From a virus: DNA of 61,308 bases. Both the position numbers and the translations under genes were made by a program. Where the stretch lies: IMG/VR virus record IMGVR_UViG_3300010383_000012; one strand, given 5' to 3'. The notes under the pieces were generated by a model, which did no database searches, was not told the DNA's origin, and was given only the letters and a program-made list of their open reading frames with translations. Shown here in pieces: positions 23,465 to 32,252 of the stretch. Numbering within the stretch: position 1 is the stretch's first letter; each line of letters starts with the position of its first letter.

Positions 23465-23796
23465 CGGCGCGACTTGTAGGTTTCCCGAAGAAGCTCACCT
23501 ATCGCGATGAAGCGCTGCGGCGCGCGGTGGTCCAGCTGCCGTGCATGAAGTGCGGGGTCTGTGGATACACGCAGGCCGCGCACATGAATCTCGGCAAGGG
23601 TGGCGCGATCAAGGCAAGCGACGCCGCAATTGCCGCCCTTTGCTGCGATCGGCCGGGCGTGCGCGGCTGCCATGCATTGCTGGATCAGGGCGGCGAATTG
23701 CCAAAGCTCGAGCGGCGCGCTTTCGAATTCGAGATGGTCGCGCTGACCTATATCGCGCTCGCCGAGCGCGGCTTACTGGAGGTGTCCAAGTGCTGA
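23461..23796 (+). CDS. YbcO/DUF1364-like putative nuclease
   Basis: LPCMKCGVCGYTQAAHMNLGKGGAIKASDAAIAALCCDRPGVRGCHALLD parallels the YbcO Cys/His pattern. Confidence 0.45.
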   Translation: MTARLVGFPKKLTYRDEALRRAVVQLPCMKCGVCGYTQAAHMNLGKGGAIKASDAAIAALCCDRPGVRGCHALLDQGGELPKLERRAFEFEMVALTYIALAERGLLEVSKC

Positions 23797-24185
23797 ACTG
23801 GCTAAAACATCTGGTCGCCGGCCGCGAACTTGCCGAGCTGGAGCGATGGAGAGTCGAGTGCGCGCAAGCGCAGCGCTGGCTCTGCGAATTTTATGAGGCA
23901 GACGCGGCTCTCTACTACCTCCGGCGCGCCGCCGAGGGCAAAGAAGCCTCGTCTGAATTATCGGGGATCCGCGATGCTCTGCGCACACGACGCGCCACGC
24001 CCCGGCCGTTCACCAGACCGCCGGTGGTTTATCCAGCGCCCGGTCTCCATGGCTGGCATCCGAAGCGGGCCGTCGTGATCTCGGCGCCGTTGCCGGAGCC
24101 GACGCTCTATGACGTCGGCATGCAGTCAGAGCGCGGCATCGACTATCGATTTCTCGGCGTGACCGGAGAAGAGGCTGACCAGTGA
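23790..24185 (+). CDS. Hypothetical protein (131 aa, GTG start)
   Basis: GTG at 23790 overlaps the end of the upstream gene. Confidence 0.4.
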   Translation: MLNWLKHLVAGRELAELERWRVECAQAQRWLCEFYEADAALYYLRRAAEGKEASSELSGIRDALRTRRATPRPFTRPPVVYPAPGLHGWHPKRAVVISAPLPEPTLYDVGMQSERGIDYRFLGVTGEEADQ

Positions 24186-24457
24186 CTTTCAGCAAGCGTG
24201 ACGACATCGGCCAGCGGGGATGGGAGCGCCGCGGGTCCGCCGAAGACGTGGCGATTCGCCGCGAGGCGGAAGAGCTCGCCGCGCGCGAGCGCACCTGTTT
24301 CGGCTGCGTCTTCGTCATGGCGTCGCCGTTCGGCGGCCCCGAGGTCGCCTGCCACAAGCGCAAGAGAAAGGCCAAGAGGTGCATCGAAGATACCAGGCGA
24401 TGCGAGATTTACAACGATGGGACCACTGTTGAGGTGAAAAATGGAAGGCATGTTTAA
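24182..24457 (+). CDS. Hypothetical Cys-containing protein (91 aa)
   Basis: ORF with overlaps on both sides. Contains CFGC...C....C. Confidence 0.45.
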   Translation: MTFSKRDDIGQRGWERRGSAEDVAIRREAEELAARERTCFGCVFVMASPFGGPEVACHKRKRKAKRCIEDTRRCEIYNDGTTVEVKNGRHV

Positions 24458-25064
24458 GTCGGCCGAGCAGGCCATTCACGTGGCGTATCTGGTGCTGTCG
24501 GTCGAACCGCGCCAACCGAACGCGCTCGCGCAGATGCTCCGGCACGTGCTCGAAGAGATGCCAGACCGCACGAAGAAGCAGGATGCGATGCTCGAATACC
24601 TCGGTGGCGCGCGCAGTGGCGACTACATCGACCCGGCGGAGCGGCTGACGATGGACGAGTTTCGCGGCCAGTGCGCGTCGATCGCGGACCGCATCTCAAA
24701 CACGCTGCCCGGCCCGGAGTGCTTCGCGGTATGGGCGCGCTGGGGCGTCATGACGGGCGAGACCGGCGAGAAGAGCATGGGAGTCCGAGGTCTCGCCAAC
24801 TATTGCGCGCCCATGCTGCGCGTCACAGACATCACCGCGATTCAGGCGCTGATCTACGGCCGCACGAATGAACGCTGGCGCATGCACGGCCTGTCGTATG
24901 CGGAGATCTCAAAGGAATGCTCGATCAGCGTGAAGACGCTGCGGCTGGCGATGGCAACCATCAAGGCAACGGCGGAAAGTCTGGAGACGCGAGCGATCCA
25001 GCGGCTGTCGCCGACCTGGGGGCGAGATGGCTTGCTTACAACGAAAGAGAATTCTTACGCCTGA
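24441..25064 (+). CDS. Putative late-gene regulator in the Q position (C-terminal sigma-70 region-4-like HTH)
   Basis: 207 aa. It is the last early-right gene, immediately upstream of the strongest sigma-70 promoter and a terminator. LSYAEISKECSISVKTLRLAMATIKA looks like an HTH. Confidence 0.4.
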   Translation: MEGMFKSAEQAIHVAYLVLSVEPRQPNALAQMLRHVLEEMPDRTKKQDAMLEYLGGARSGDYIDPAERLTMDEFRGQCASIADRISNTLPGPECFAVWARWGVMTGETGEKSMGVRGLANYCAPMLRVTDITAIQALIYGRTNERWRMHGLSYAEISKECSISVKTLRLAMATIKATAESLETRAIQRLSPTWGRDGLLTTKENSYA

Positions 25065-25076
25065 AGCTTTCAGGTA

Positions 25077-25105
25077 TTGACGGTTTAGGGCAGCTAACTT
25101 ATGAT
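25077..25105 (+). promoter_or_regulatory. Near-consensus sigma-70 promoter (PR'-like late promoter)
   Basis: TTGACG (25077-25082), 17-nt spacer, TATGAT (25100-25105). Confidence 0.65.
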
Positions 25106-25137
25106 TTTCGCAATTCTGGAAAGTGTCACTTGAGAAA

Positions 25138-25170
25138 GCCCCGCCCGGTTCATGCCGCGCGGGGCTTTTT
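25138..25170 (+). terminator. Intrinsic terminator about 30 nt downstream of the late promoter (tR'-like)
   Basis: GCCCCGC...GCGGGGC followed by TTTTT. Confidence 0.8.
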
Positions 25171-25173
25171 CGT

Positions 25174-25458
25174 TTAGGCTATCGGCAAGCCGCGCGCAGC
25201 CCAATGCGGCGTCATGCACGTAAAAGTCCAGAACGCACGTCCGGTCGTCGCAGCAGCTTCAGTAGCGAGCATCTCCACGCCCGGCGCATCAAGGTCTTCT
25301 GATTGCGAGAAGTACATTGCCGTTGGCAGGTCGTGGAGCACGCCAGATTCGTCTCTGATCGTGCGGAAGAACCGCCGATCGAGCATTTCGACATGCAGAC
25401 GCAGATAGTCTTGTTCGTCTGCGCCATGAAGTTCGACGCGGGTGATAAACCAGTTCAT
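25174..25458 (-). CDS. Hypothetical cargo protein (94 aa)
   Basis: MNWFITRVELHGADEQDYLRLHVEMLDRRFF... with AAAGGGGG upstream. Confidence 0.5.
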   Translation of the reverse strand: MNWFITRVELHGADEQDYLRLHVEMLDRRFFRTIRDESGVLHDLPTAMYFSQSEDLDAPGVEMLATEAAATTGRAFWTFTCMTPHWAARGLPIA

Positions 25459-25616
25459 TGCGGCCCCCTTTAGGTAGTGGCTACTGCCATCTGGCAGGAT
25501 TTGAATTCTGTCCTTTTGCCCAGTCACGCGGCGGTCGGCGCCGCAGAACACTCCCGGGCTGGCAAACACTGGGCACCCACGGCCGGTGTCTCGATACTTT
25601 GCCGGGATGCCCTCGC

Positions 25617-25916
25617 TCAGGCGTGAGCGTGCTGCTTGATCTCAGCGAGCTTCTCGGCGCCGATCTTCTCTTTCGCCATCTCGGTGTCGTAATGCGTCTG
25701 CAGGTTCATCCAACTTTGCGGATCGGTACCGAAGAACGTGCCGAGTCGTACGGCCGTGTCAGCCGAGATCGCGCGTTCGCCCTTGACGATTTCATTGATG
25801 CGGCGAGCCGGTACATCGATTGCCTTGGCAAGGGCGTACTGGCTGATGCCCATAGGTTCGAGCCAGTCCAGCGCGAGGATTTCTCCCGGCGTGGCCAGCG
25901 GAATTTCACGTGCCAT
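25617..25916 (-). CDS. higA: HigA-family antitoxin (XRE HTH)
   Basis: PGEILALDWLEPMGISQYALAKAIDVPARRINEIVKGERAISADTAVRLGTFFGTDPQSWMNLQTHYD. Confidence 0.85.
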   Translation of the reverse strand: MAREIPLATPGEILALDWLEPMGISQYALAKAIDVPARRINEIVKGERAISADTAVRLGTFFGTDPQSWMNLQTHYDTEMAKEKIGAEKLAEIKQHAHA

Positions 25917-25954
25917 AACTCACTCCATTAAATGTGCAACGAAGAGCTACCACC

Positions 25955-26233
25955 TCAGTGGTAGTCCACGATCTCAACGTCCGTTGCGTTGCCGTTCGCG
26001 AACCTGAAGCAGATTCGCCACTGGTCATTGATCCGGATGCTGTACTGCCCTTTGCGGTCACCCTTCAGTGCTTCCAACCGGTTTGCGGGCGGCACGCGAA
26101 GGAAATCCAGATCGACCGCAGCGTGAAGCTGCTGGAGCTTGCGGATCGCGACCCTCTCGATGTTGGCGAACCGGGCAACCCGGGTGCCTTCGAAGAGCGT
26201 CTGTGTGTCGCGGCTGTTGAACGATGTGATCAT
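25955..26233 (-). CDS. higB: HigB-family toxin (RelE/ParE superfamily)
   Basis: MITSFNSRDTQTLFEG...LEALKGDRKGQYSIRINDQWRICFRFANGNATDVEIVDYH. The toxin gene lies upstream of the antitoxin, as in hig loci. Confidence 0.85.
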   Translation of the reverse strand: MITSFNSRDTQTLFEGTRVARFANIERVAIRKLQQLHAAVDLDFLRVPPANRLEALKGDRKGQYSIRINDQWRICFRFANGNATDVEIVDYH

Positions 26234-26334
26234 GTAAAGGATAGTAACGCATTGCGTTATTAACGTCAAGCGTTATTAGTTCCGTCGCCCAAGTTATTAC
26301 GTGTCTCCTCCGAATGGCGAGAGCCAGCGGATTC

Positions 26335-26362
26335 GCCCGGCTCCGGCCGGGCTCTTTGTTTT
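26335..26362 (+). terminator. Intrinsic terminator-like hairpin upstream of terS
   Basis: GCCCGGC-TCC-GCCGGGC followed by TCTTTGTTTT. Confidence 0.55.
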
Positions 26363-26541
26363 CATCCCGCAAGCCGTGAGTGCGGACAACCGCGGCAGCC
26401 AGCCGACAGGGTACTGCCCACCTCCTTTGCCGGCGCAATGCCGGATTTGCAAGCGGCGCTGGGCGGCTGGCACCTCAATTCTGAGCGGATTCCTCTAAAG
26501 CCCCACGAGCGGAGAGAAATGATTCGCTCGCAAGGACCGCT

Positions 26542-27108
26542 ATGGCCACATCTAAACCGACCGTCGCACGAAAAGGCGGACGTCCAACTGCTTACCGCGC
26601 CGAGTACGCACAACAGGCTATCAAGCTTGCTCGCCTCGGCGCGACGGACGCACAGATGGCGGATTTCTTCGGCGTTTCAGAGCAAACGCTGAACAACTGG
26701 AAACGCCGCGAGCCGACGTTTTTTGAGTCCTTAAAAGCCGGCAAGCTGCTGGCGGACGCAGAGGTCGCTCACAGCCTGTTCCAGCGCGCTACCGGCTATG
26801 AGCACGAAGACCTCGACCTTCGCGTGATTGGCGGCAAGTTGCGAAAGACGAAGATCCGGAAGATTTACCCGCCCGATACCACGGCGGCGATCTTCTGGCT
26901 GAAGAACCGGCAGCCGGAGAAATGGCGAGACGTGGTGAAGGCTGAGCTAACGGGCAAGGACGGCGGTCCTATCGAGACACATGAACTATCCGACGCCGAG
27001 CGAGCTGCCCGAGTTGCTGCCCTTCTTGACGCCGCAAGAGCGCGCCGAGCTCGACCGGCTGCTGATGGCGAGAAAGAAGTGGGTGCCGTTACCGGGCCCG
27101 CAGACTGA
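26542..27108 (+). CDS. terS: Terminase small subunit
   Basis: GRPTAYRAEYAQQAIKLARLGATDAQMADFFGVSEQTLNNWKRREPTFFESLKAGK is the typical TerS HTH N-terminus. It overlaps terL by 128 nt. Confidence 0.8.
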   Translation: MATSKPTVARKGGRPTAYRAEYAQQAIKLARLGATDAQMADFFGVSEQTLNNWKRREPTFFESLKAGKLLADAEVAHSLFQRATGYEHEDLDLRVIGGKLRKTKIRKIYPPDTTAAIFWLKNRQPEKWRDVVKAELTGKDGGPIETHELSDAERAARVAALLDAARARRARPAADGEKEVGAVTGPAD

Positions 27109-28477
27109 GGCGTTCAACTGCGACGCGGACATCCTGCTGTATGGCGGCGCGGCCGGCGGCGGCAAGACGGACCTCGCGCTTGGCGCGGCCATCAACAAAC
27201 ATCGGCGCTCGCTCATACTGCGCCGCGAGTATCCGCAGCTTGCGGGCATCATCGAGCGCGCCGACGAAATGTACGGCCCGCACGGCTCCTACAACGAGAG
27301 TAAGGGACGGTGGCGCTGCGATTACAACGGCAAGCGCCGCATCATCGAGTTCGGCTCCGTCCAGTATGAGAAGGACAAGAGCAAGTATCAGGGGCGCCCG
27401 CACGACCTTATCGTCTTTGACGAGGCGGCGAACTTCCTTGAATCGATAGTCGAGTTCATCACCGGCTGGCTGCGTACGGAAGACCCCGAGCAGCGCACGC
27501 AAGTGCTGCTGTGCTCGAATCCGCCGACGGACGCGACAGGCGACTGGCTGATCAAGTGGTTCGCGCCATGGCTCGATCCACAGCATCCGCGCCCCGCGCT
27601 GCCCGGCGAGTTGCGCTGGTTCATCGTGGTCGGCGAAGAGCACATCGAAGTCGATGGGCCTTCCCCGGTCGACAGGGACGGCGAAACTTACACGCCACTG
27701 TCGCGGACGTTCATCCCAGCGAGGGTGACGGACAACCCCTATTACGCCGAGTCTGGCTACGTTGCAAAGCTGCAGGCTCTCCCGGAGCCCCTGCGCTCCA
27801 AGATGCTCTACGGCGACTTCGCTGCGGGCCGCGAGGACGATGCTTATCAGTTGATCCCTTCCGAATGGGTGCGCGCTGCGCAGGAGCGTTGGAAGGCGCG
27901 CATTCGGCCATCACTTCCGATGTCCGCTCTCGGAGTGGACGTGGCGCGCGGCGGGAAAGACAAGACGATCCATTCACCGCGATATGGAACATGGTTCGCC
28001 GAGCAGATTTGCTTTCCCGGCGCCGACACGCCAGACGGCTATGTCGTTGCAAAGCAGGTGTTCGACATCCGCGACGCAACGACGGTCGTCAACATCGACG
28101 CGGTCGGCGTTGGCGCATCACCGTACGACATCATTCGCCACGCCATCGGCGACAAGATCTGGGGCATTAGCAGCGCCGAGGGAACCGACGAGCTCGACGT
28201 ATCAGGTGTCTTTGGCTTTGCGAACGTGCGCGCGCTCTTGTGGTGGCGCATGCGTGAAGCCCTGGACCCGGTGAACGGCTACGACCTCGCTCTGCCACCT
28301 GATCGCGAATTGTTTGCGGATCTGTGCGCGCCGCGCTACAAGCGCACGCCGCGCGGCATACAGGCCGAGACGAAGGACGAGATCAAGAAGCGCATCGGGC
28401 GCAGTCCGGACAAAGGTGACAGCGCGGTCTACGCGCTAGCCGAGCATCGCAGCACGCTGGCGTTCGGCTCAATCTAA
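26981..28477 (+). CDS. terL: Terminase large subunit
   Basis: Walker A is LLYGGAAGGGKTDL and Walker B is DLIVFDEA. A C-terminal nuclease domain is present. 498 aa. Confidence 0.85.
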   Translation: MNYPTPSELPELLPFLTPQERAELDRLLMARKKWVPLPGPQTEAFNCDADILLYGGAAGGGKTDLALGAAINKHRRSLILRREYPQLAGIIERADEMYGPHGSYNESKGRWRCDYNGKRRIIEFGSVQYEKDKSKYQGRPHDLIVFDEAANFLESIVEFITGWLRTEDPEQRTQVLLCSNPPTDATGDWLIKWFAPWLDPQHPRPALPGELRWFIVVGEEHIEVDGPSPVDRDGETYTPLSRTFIPARVTDNPYYAESGYVAKLQALPEPLRSKMLYGDFAAGREDDAYQLIPSEWVRAAQERWKARIRPSLPMSALGVDVARGGKDKTIHSPRYGTWFAEQICFPGADTPDGYVVAKQVFDIRDATTVVNIDAVGVGASPYDIIRHAIGDKIWGISSAEGTDELDVSGVFGFANVRALLWWRMREALDPVNGYDLALPPDRELFADLCAPRYKRTPRGIQAETKDEIKKRIGRSPDKGDSAVYALAEHRSTLAFGSI

Positions 28478-28487
28478 CGGACCTTTC

Positions 28488-29837
28488 ATGGATCACACGA
28501 AGCTGCATCAGCGACCGCCGCCGTCGCGCTGGACGCGCATCAAGCGTGCGGTGACGGGCGTGGTGCGCACGCTGAGCGCCGGCCGGCCGCGCCATGAACC
28601 GACGCGCGTCACGTCCGCGTACGCGCGCATGCGCCAGGTCGGATCGTGGAACCTGCGCGATTCGCGGCCCATGATCAAGCCGGTGCCGGCGAACCTGCGT
28701 TACTTCTCGCGCACGCCGTACGCGACGCGCGCCATCCAGTTCTACACGCGGTCGATCTGCTCGCTCGACTGGTCGGTGCGCGTGAAAAACGACGTCGCCG
28801 AAAACAGCGAGATCAAGCGGCAGATCGACGTCACGTCTGCGTGCCTGTTCAGCCCGAATCACGACGACTCCTTCACGTCGCTGCTGCAGCAGGTCGTGGA
28901 AGACCTACTGGTGTGCGGCGCGGGAGCAATCGAGCAACAGATGGGCGGCGACAAGCTGCGCCCTCTGTGGCTGTGGCCGGTGGACGCGCTGTCCATTCAG
29001 ATCTATGCGGACTGGAACGGCGACGAAGCCAAGCCGCGCTACTGCCAGACGTTCGGCTACGGCAACGTCGGTGTGGCGCAGGGCCGCGACCTGCTCAATC
29101 GCGAGCTGGTGTACATCCGCGATCGCATCACGACCGATTCGCCGTTCGCGTTCGGCGCGCTCGAGGTGGCATTCGAGTCGATTAACCGGCTGCTGGGCGT
29201 GGCCGAGTATGCGGGCGACGTCGCGGCGAATGCTCACCCTCAAAACCTGATCTTCCTGCAACAGGCCGATCAGACGACTATCGAAGCGTTCCGCGGTTAC
29301 TGGCGCAACGACATCGAGGGCCAAGGGCAAACACCGGTCATCGGGGGCGCCGACGCGAAGGTTCTGAACCTGCGCGGCACGGACGACACCGCGCTCTTCC
29401 TGAAGTATCAGGAGTTCGTGATCCGCGAGATCGCGGTGGCGTTCGGCATCAGCGCGCAGAACCTCGGCGTCGAGCAGAACATCAACCGCAACAACGGCGA
29501 GGTCGCCGAGGATCGCGACTGGGACCTGTCGATCAAGCCGGTGACGCGCACCATCTGCGCGTACATCAATCGCGAGGTCATCTGGGGTCGGCTGGGCTTC
29601 ACGAATATCGAGCTGACGCCCGGCGGCCTCGACCGCGAGGACGAGAAGGCGACGGCTGAGATCTACCAGCTCGAATACAAGAACAACGCGATCACGCCGA
29701 ACGAGTACCGCGCGCGCCGCAATCTGCCGCCTCTGCAGAGCAAGTTCGGCGACATGATCAACGCCGACACGCTGATCGCCATCGAAGCCGCCAAGGGCGC
29801 GAAGACCGCGAATCCGGCGCTGACCAGCATCGAATAG
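28488..29837 (+). CDS. Portal protein
   Basis: 449 aa, immediately after terL. No portal motif was read; the call rests on size and position. Confidence 0.75.
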   Translation: MDHTKLHQRPPPSRWTRIKRAVTGVVRTLSAGRPRHEPTRVTSAYARMRQVGSWNLRDSRPMIKPVPANLRYFSRTPYATRAIQFYTRSICSLDWSVRVKNDVAENSEIKRQIDVTSACLFSPNHDDSFTSLLQQVVEDLLVCGAGAIEQQMGGDKLRPLWLWPVDALSIQIYADWNGDEAKPRYCQTFGYGNVGVAQGRDLLNRELVYIRDRITTDSPFAFGALEVAFESINRLLGVAEYAGDVAANAHPQNLIFLQQADQTTIEAFRGYWRNDIEGQGQTPVIGGADAKVLNLRGTDDTALFLKYQEFVIREIAVAFGISAQNLGVEQNINRNNGEVAEDRDWDLSIKPVTRTICAYINREVIWGRLGFTNIELTPGGLDREDEKATAEIYQLEYKNNAITPNEYRARRNLPPLQSKFGDMINADTLIAIEAAKGAKTANPALTSIE

Positions 29838-29904
29838 CAGGCCGAACGCCTGTTCATCGCCGTAAAGGCAACCCCTGGGCGTTCGCCCGATACAGGAGCA
29901 TTCA

Positions 29905-30213
29905 ATGGGACTTCCCATCCATACGCTTGAAGTCGCGCAGGGCAGCAACCCGCTCGCGCAGCCGGACCGCGTGCTGATCGCACTGCTCGAAGGTGTCGCC
30001 ACGCTAGCCGGCAGCGGCGCGGGCGCGGCGGTCGTGACGGCAATCAGCGGCTTGCAGTTGCCCGTCAGCTACGCCGTACAGGTGACGCCGAATCAGGACG
30101 CCGTGCCGTTCGTGAGCGGCAAAACGCAATCCGGCTTCAACGTCACGCTGAATCCGCGCCTCGCTGCCAACACGCTGGCCGCCGGCACGGTCGACATCGC
30201 CATCTTCGCGTAA
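29905..30213 (+). CDS. Hypothetical head-module protein
   Basis: 102-aa ORF in the late operon. Confidence 0.5.
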   Translation: MGLPIHTLEVAQGSNPLAQPDRVLIALLEGVATLAGSGAGAAVVTAISGLQLPVSYAVQVTPNQDAVPFVSGKTQSGFNVTLNPRLAANTLAAGTVDIAIFA

Positions 30214-30272
30214 CCCCTTTCGCGCCCCTGTGCGCGATCTTCGTCGTACCCAACCACGCATAGGAGAACGCC

Positions 30273-30482
30273 ATGGGCGTCCGTACTTCCCTGCTTGCTC
30301 TCACGCCGCTGACGGCGGAAACCGCGGCGTGCGCCGCAACCGGTCAAGACCTTCCGGGCATGCTCAACTTCGCTGCCGAGAAGGTCGCCGACGCGCTGCA
30401 GGTGCTCAACGCGATCAACAGCATGATCCCGGCGGGCTCCAACAAGACCGCCATCGCGACGCAGATCACGGCGCTCACCTAA
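30273..30482 (+). CDS. Hypothetical head-module protein
   Basis: 69-aa ORF with a GGAGAA RBS. Confidence 0.45.
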   Translation: MGVRTSLLALTPLTAETAACAATGQDLPGMLNFAAEKVADALQVLNAINSMIPAGSNKTAIATQITALT

Positions 30483-30535
30483 GCGCACGTTTCCACGCTG
30501 TTGCCGGGCAACTGACCCGGCACTGAGGAGGTTTC

Positions 30536-30793
30536 ATGGCTGAAAACCAGAAGCAGGCGCCCAAGGCTGCGGCCGCCAGCGCGAAAACTGCCGACAAACC
30601 GGTGAGCTTGTACAAAGAGCTCGAAGCCATGTCGGACAAGGCGCTGATGGCCGGTGACCACTCGTGCCACGCAGCGCTGCATTCGGTCGTCGTGGCGCTG
30701 GCCGCCGCGAAGTTCGCTGCATCGCAAGCCGAGCACGTGGGCACGCCTTCGGAAGAGGCTGTCGGGCTGCTCGAGCGCGTGAAGGCGCTGTAA
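30536..30793 (+). CDS. Hypothetical head-module protein
   Basis: 85-aa ORF with a GAGGAGG RBS. Confidence 0.5.
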   Translation: MAENQKQAPKAAAASAKTADKPVSLYKELEAMSDKALMAGDHSCHAALHSVVVALAAAKFAASQAEHVGTPSEEAVGLLERVKAL

Positions 30794-30805
30794 GGGGAAC
30801 TGACG

Positions 30806-32209
30806 ATGCCGCTCTCGAAAGAGGAACGCGACGCACTGCCGCCGGAGCACTTCGCCGTGCCCGGCAAGCGCAAGTTGCCGATCAACGACGAGACGCACAC
30901 GCGCCTCGCGTGGGATCAGGTCGACCGCACGCAGGGCCTGTCGGAAGCCGAGCGCTCGGAAGCGCGCGCCCGGATTCTGCGTCGCGCGCACGAACTCGGG
31001 ATCGATACATCCGATTGGGACAAGAGCGTGCACGCCGCGGCGATCACGCTCTGGGGCATGTCGCTGAACGTGCCCGAAATCGCAAACCATCCGAACCGCA
31101 TGCCGTTCTCTGGCGTGCTCACGTTCGTGAACCAGCCGTCTGACCTGCCTCCGGGCGGATCGGGCGGCAAGCGCACCTACCTGCCGAAGGACGTCGCTGA
31201 GAAGGCCCTCGAAAGCCTGCTCGGCATGGGGGTGGACTTTTCCGACGACCTGAGCGCCCACGACGTTACCCAGAAGATCGGGGTCATCACGGGCGCTGAG
31301 ATCGTCGGCGAAGAAGTGCGCATTGAAGGCTTTTTCTACGCTGCGGACTTTCCGCAGGTTTGCACCAGGATTCAGGACGAGAAAGAGGACCTGGGCTTCA
31401 GCTATGAAGTCCGGGCTCAAACTCGACCGATGGGCGACCTGCTTCAGATTGTGAGCTGCGTGTTCACCGGCGCTGCCGTCCTCTACAAGGACAAGGCTGC
31501 CTACCAGTCAACATCATTGGCCGCACAGGCTGAACAGGACATCGAAATGACGAAAGAAGAAATGGAAGCGCTGCTCGCCGGCGCACTGGGCCCGATCACG
31601 ACCCAACTCGCGAACGTCACGAAGGAAGTGACGGCGATCAAGGCCGCCGGTGAAACCGCTCTGCAAGCGAACAAGGAAACGCGCGACCGCGTCGCGCCGC
31701 ACGCCACCGCCCTGCGCAACTGCGCGGCCGCGATGGAAGCGTCGGGTATCGGCCTGCACAGCTCGCAAGGCCACGTGAAGGTGCTCCACCACATGGCCGC
31801 CTCCATGGAAGCGGACGCCGCCGCTGGCAAGGTGCCGCACATCTTCCGCGATCACGACTGGGGCTTCTCGGCTGCCGCCGCACCGGCCCCGACGCCTTCG
31901 CCGGCCGCTCCCGCGCTCGATGCAGAAAATCCGGTGATCAAGGGCATCACGGACACGCTGGCGTCGCTCGGCACGCAGCTGACGGACATCAAGGCCGCCG
32001 CGTTCAAGACCGCCGAGGCACCCGCGCGCAAGACCGTGCCGTCGGAAGTCCTGACGTTGCTCGCCAAGGGCGGCATCAAGGAAGCGCCGGCTGAAGGTCT
32101 GACCGAAGGGCAGATCGACACGATGCTGGAAGCGGCTGGCGTGACGGGCATCAGCGCCCGCATCGCCGCCAAACAGCAGATCGCTGCCGCCGGCCTGCTG
32201 CGCAAGTAA
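30806..32209 (+). CDS. Prohead protease / scaffolding fusion protein (putative)
   Basis: 467 aa, directly upstream of the capsid gene. N-terminus ALPPEHFAVPGKRKLPINDETHTRLA. The C-terminal half is Ala-rich and helical, like a scaffold. Confidence 0.5.
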   Translation: MPLSKEERDALPPEHFAVPGKRKLPINDETHTRLAWDQVDRTQGLSEAERSEARARILRRAHELGIDTSDWDKSVHAAAITLWGMSLNVPEIANHPNRMPFSGVLTFVNQPSDLPPGGSGGKRTYLPKDVAEKALESLLGMGVDFSDDLSAHDVTQKIGVITGAEIVGEEVRIEGFFYAADFPQVCTRIQDEKEDLGFSYEVRAQTRPMGDLLQIVSCVFTGAAVLYKDKAAYQSTSLAAQAEQDIEMTKEEMEALLAGALGPITTQLANVTKEVTAIKAAGETALQANKETRDRVAPHATALRNCAAAMEASGIGLHSSQGHVKVLHHMAASMEADAAAGKVPHIFRDHDWGFSAAAAPAPTPSPAAPALDAENPVIKGITDTLASLGTQLTDIKAAAFKTAEAPARKTVPSEVLTLLAKGGIKEAPAEGLTEGQIDTMLEAAGVTGISARIAAKQQIAAAGLLRK

Positions 32210-32252
32210 GCAGCGCCCAGCACCCCACATCCCAGACTTCACAGGAACAGCC

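Noticed and set aside
28905-30002. 365-aa minus-strand ORF
   Set aside because: It lies antisense to the portal gene and downstream head genes and has Arg-rich shadow-ORF composition.
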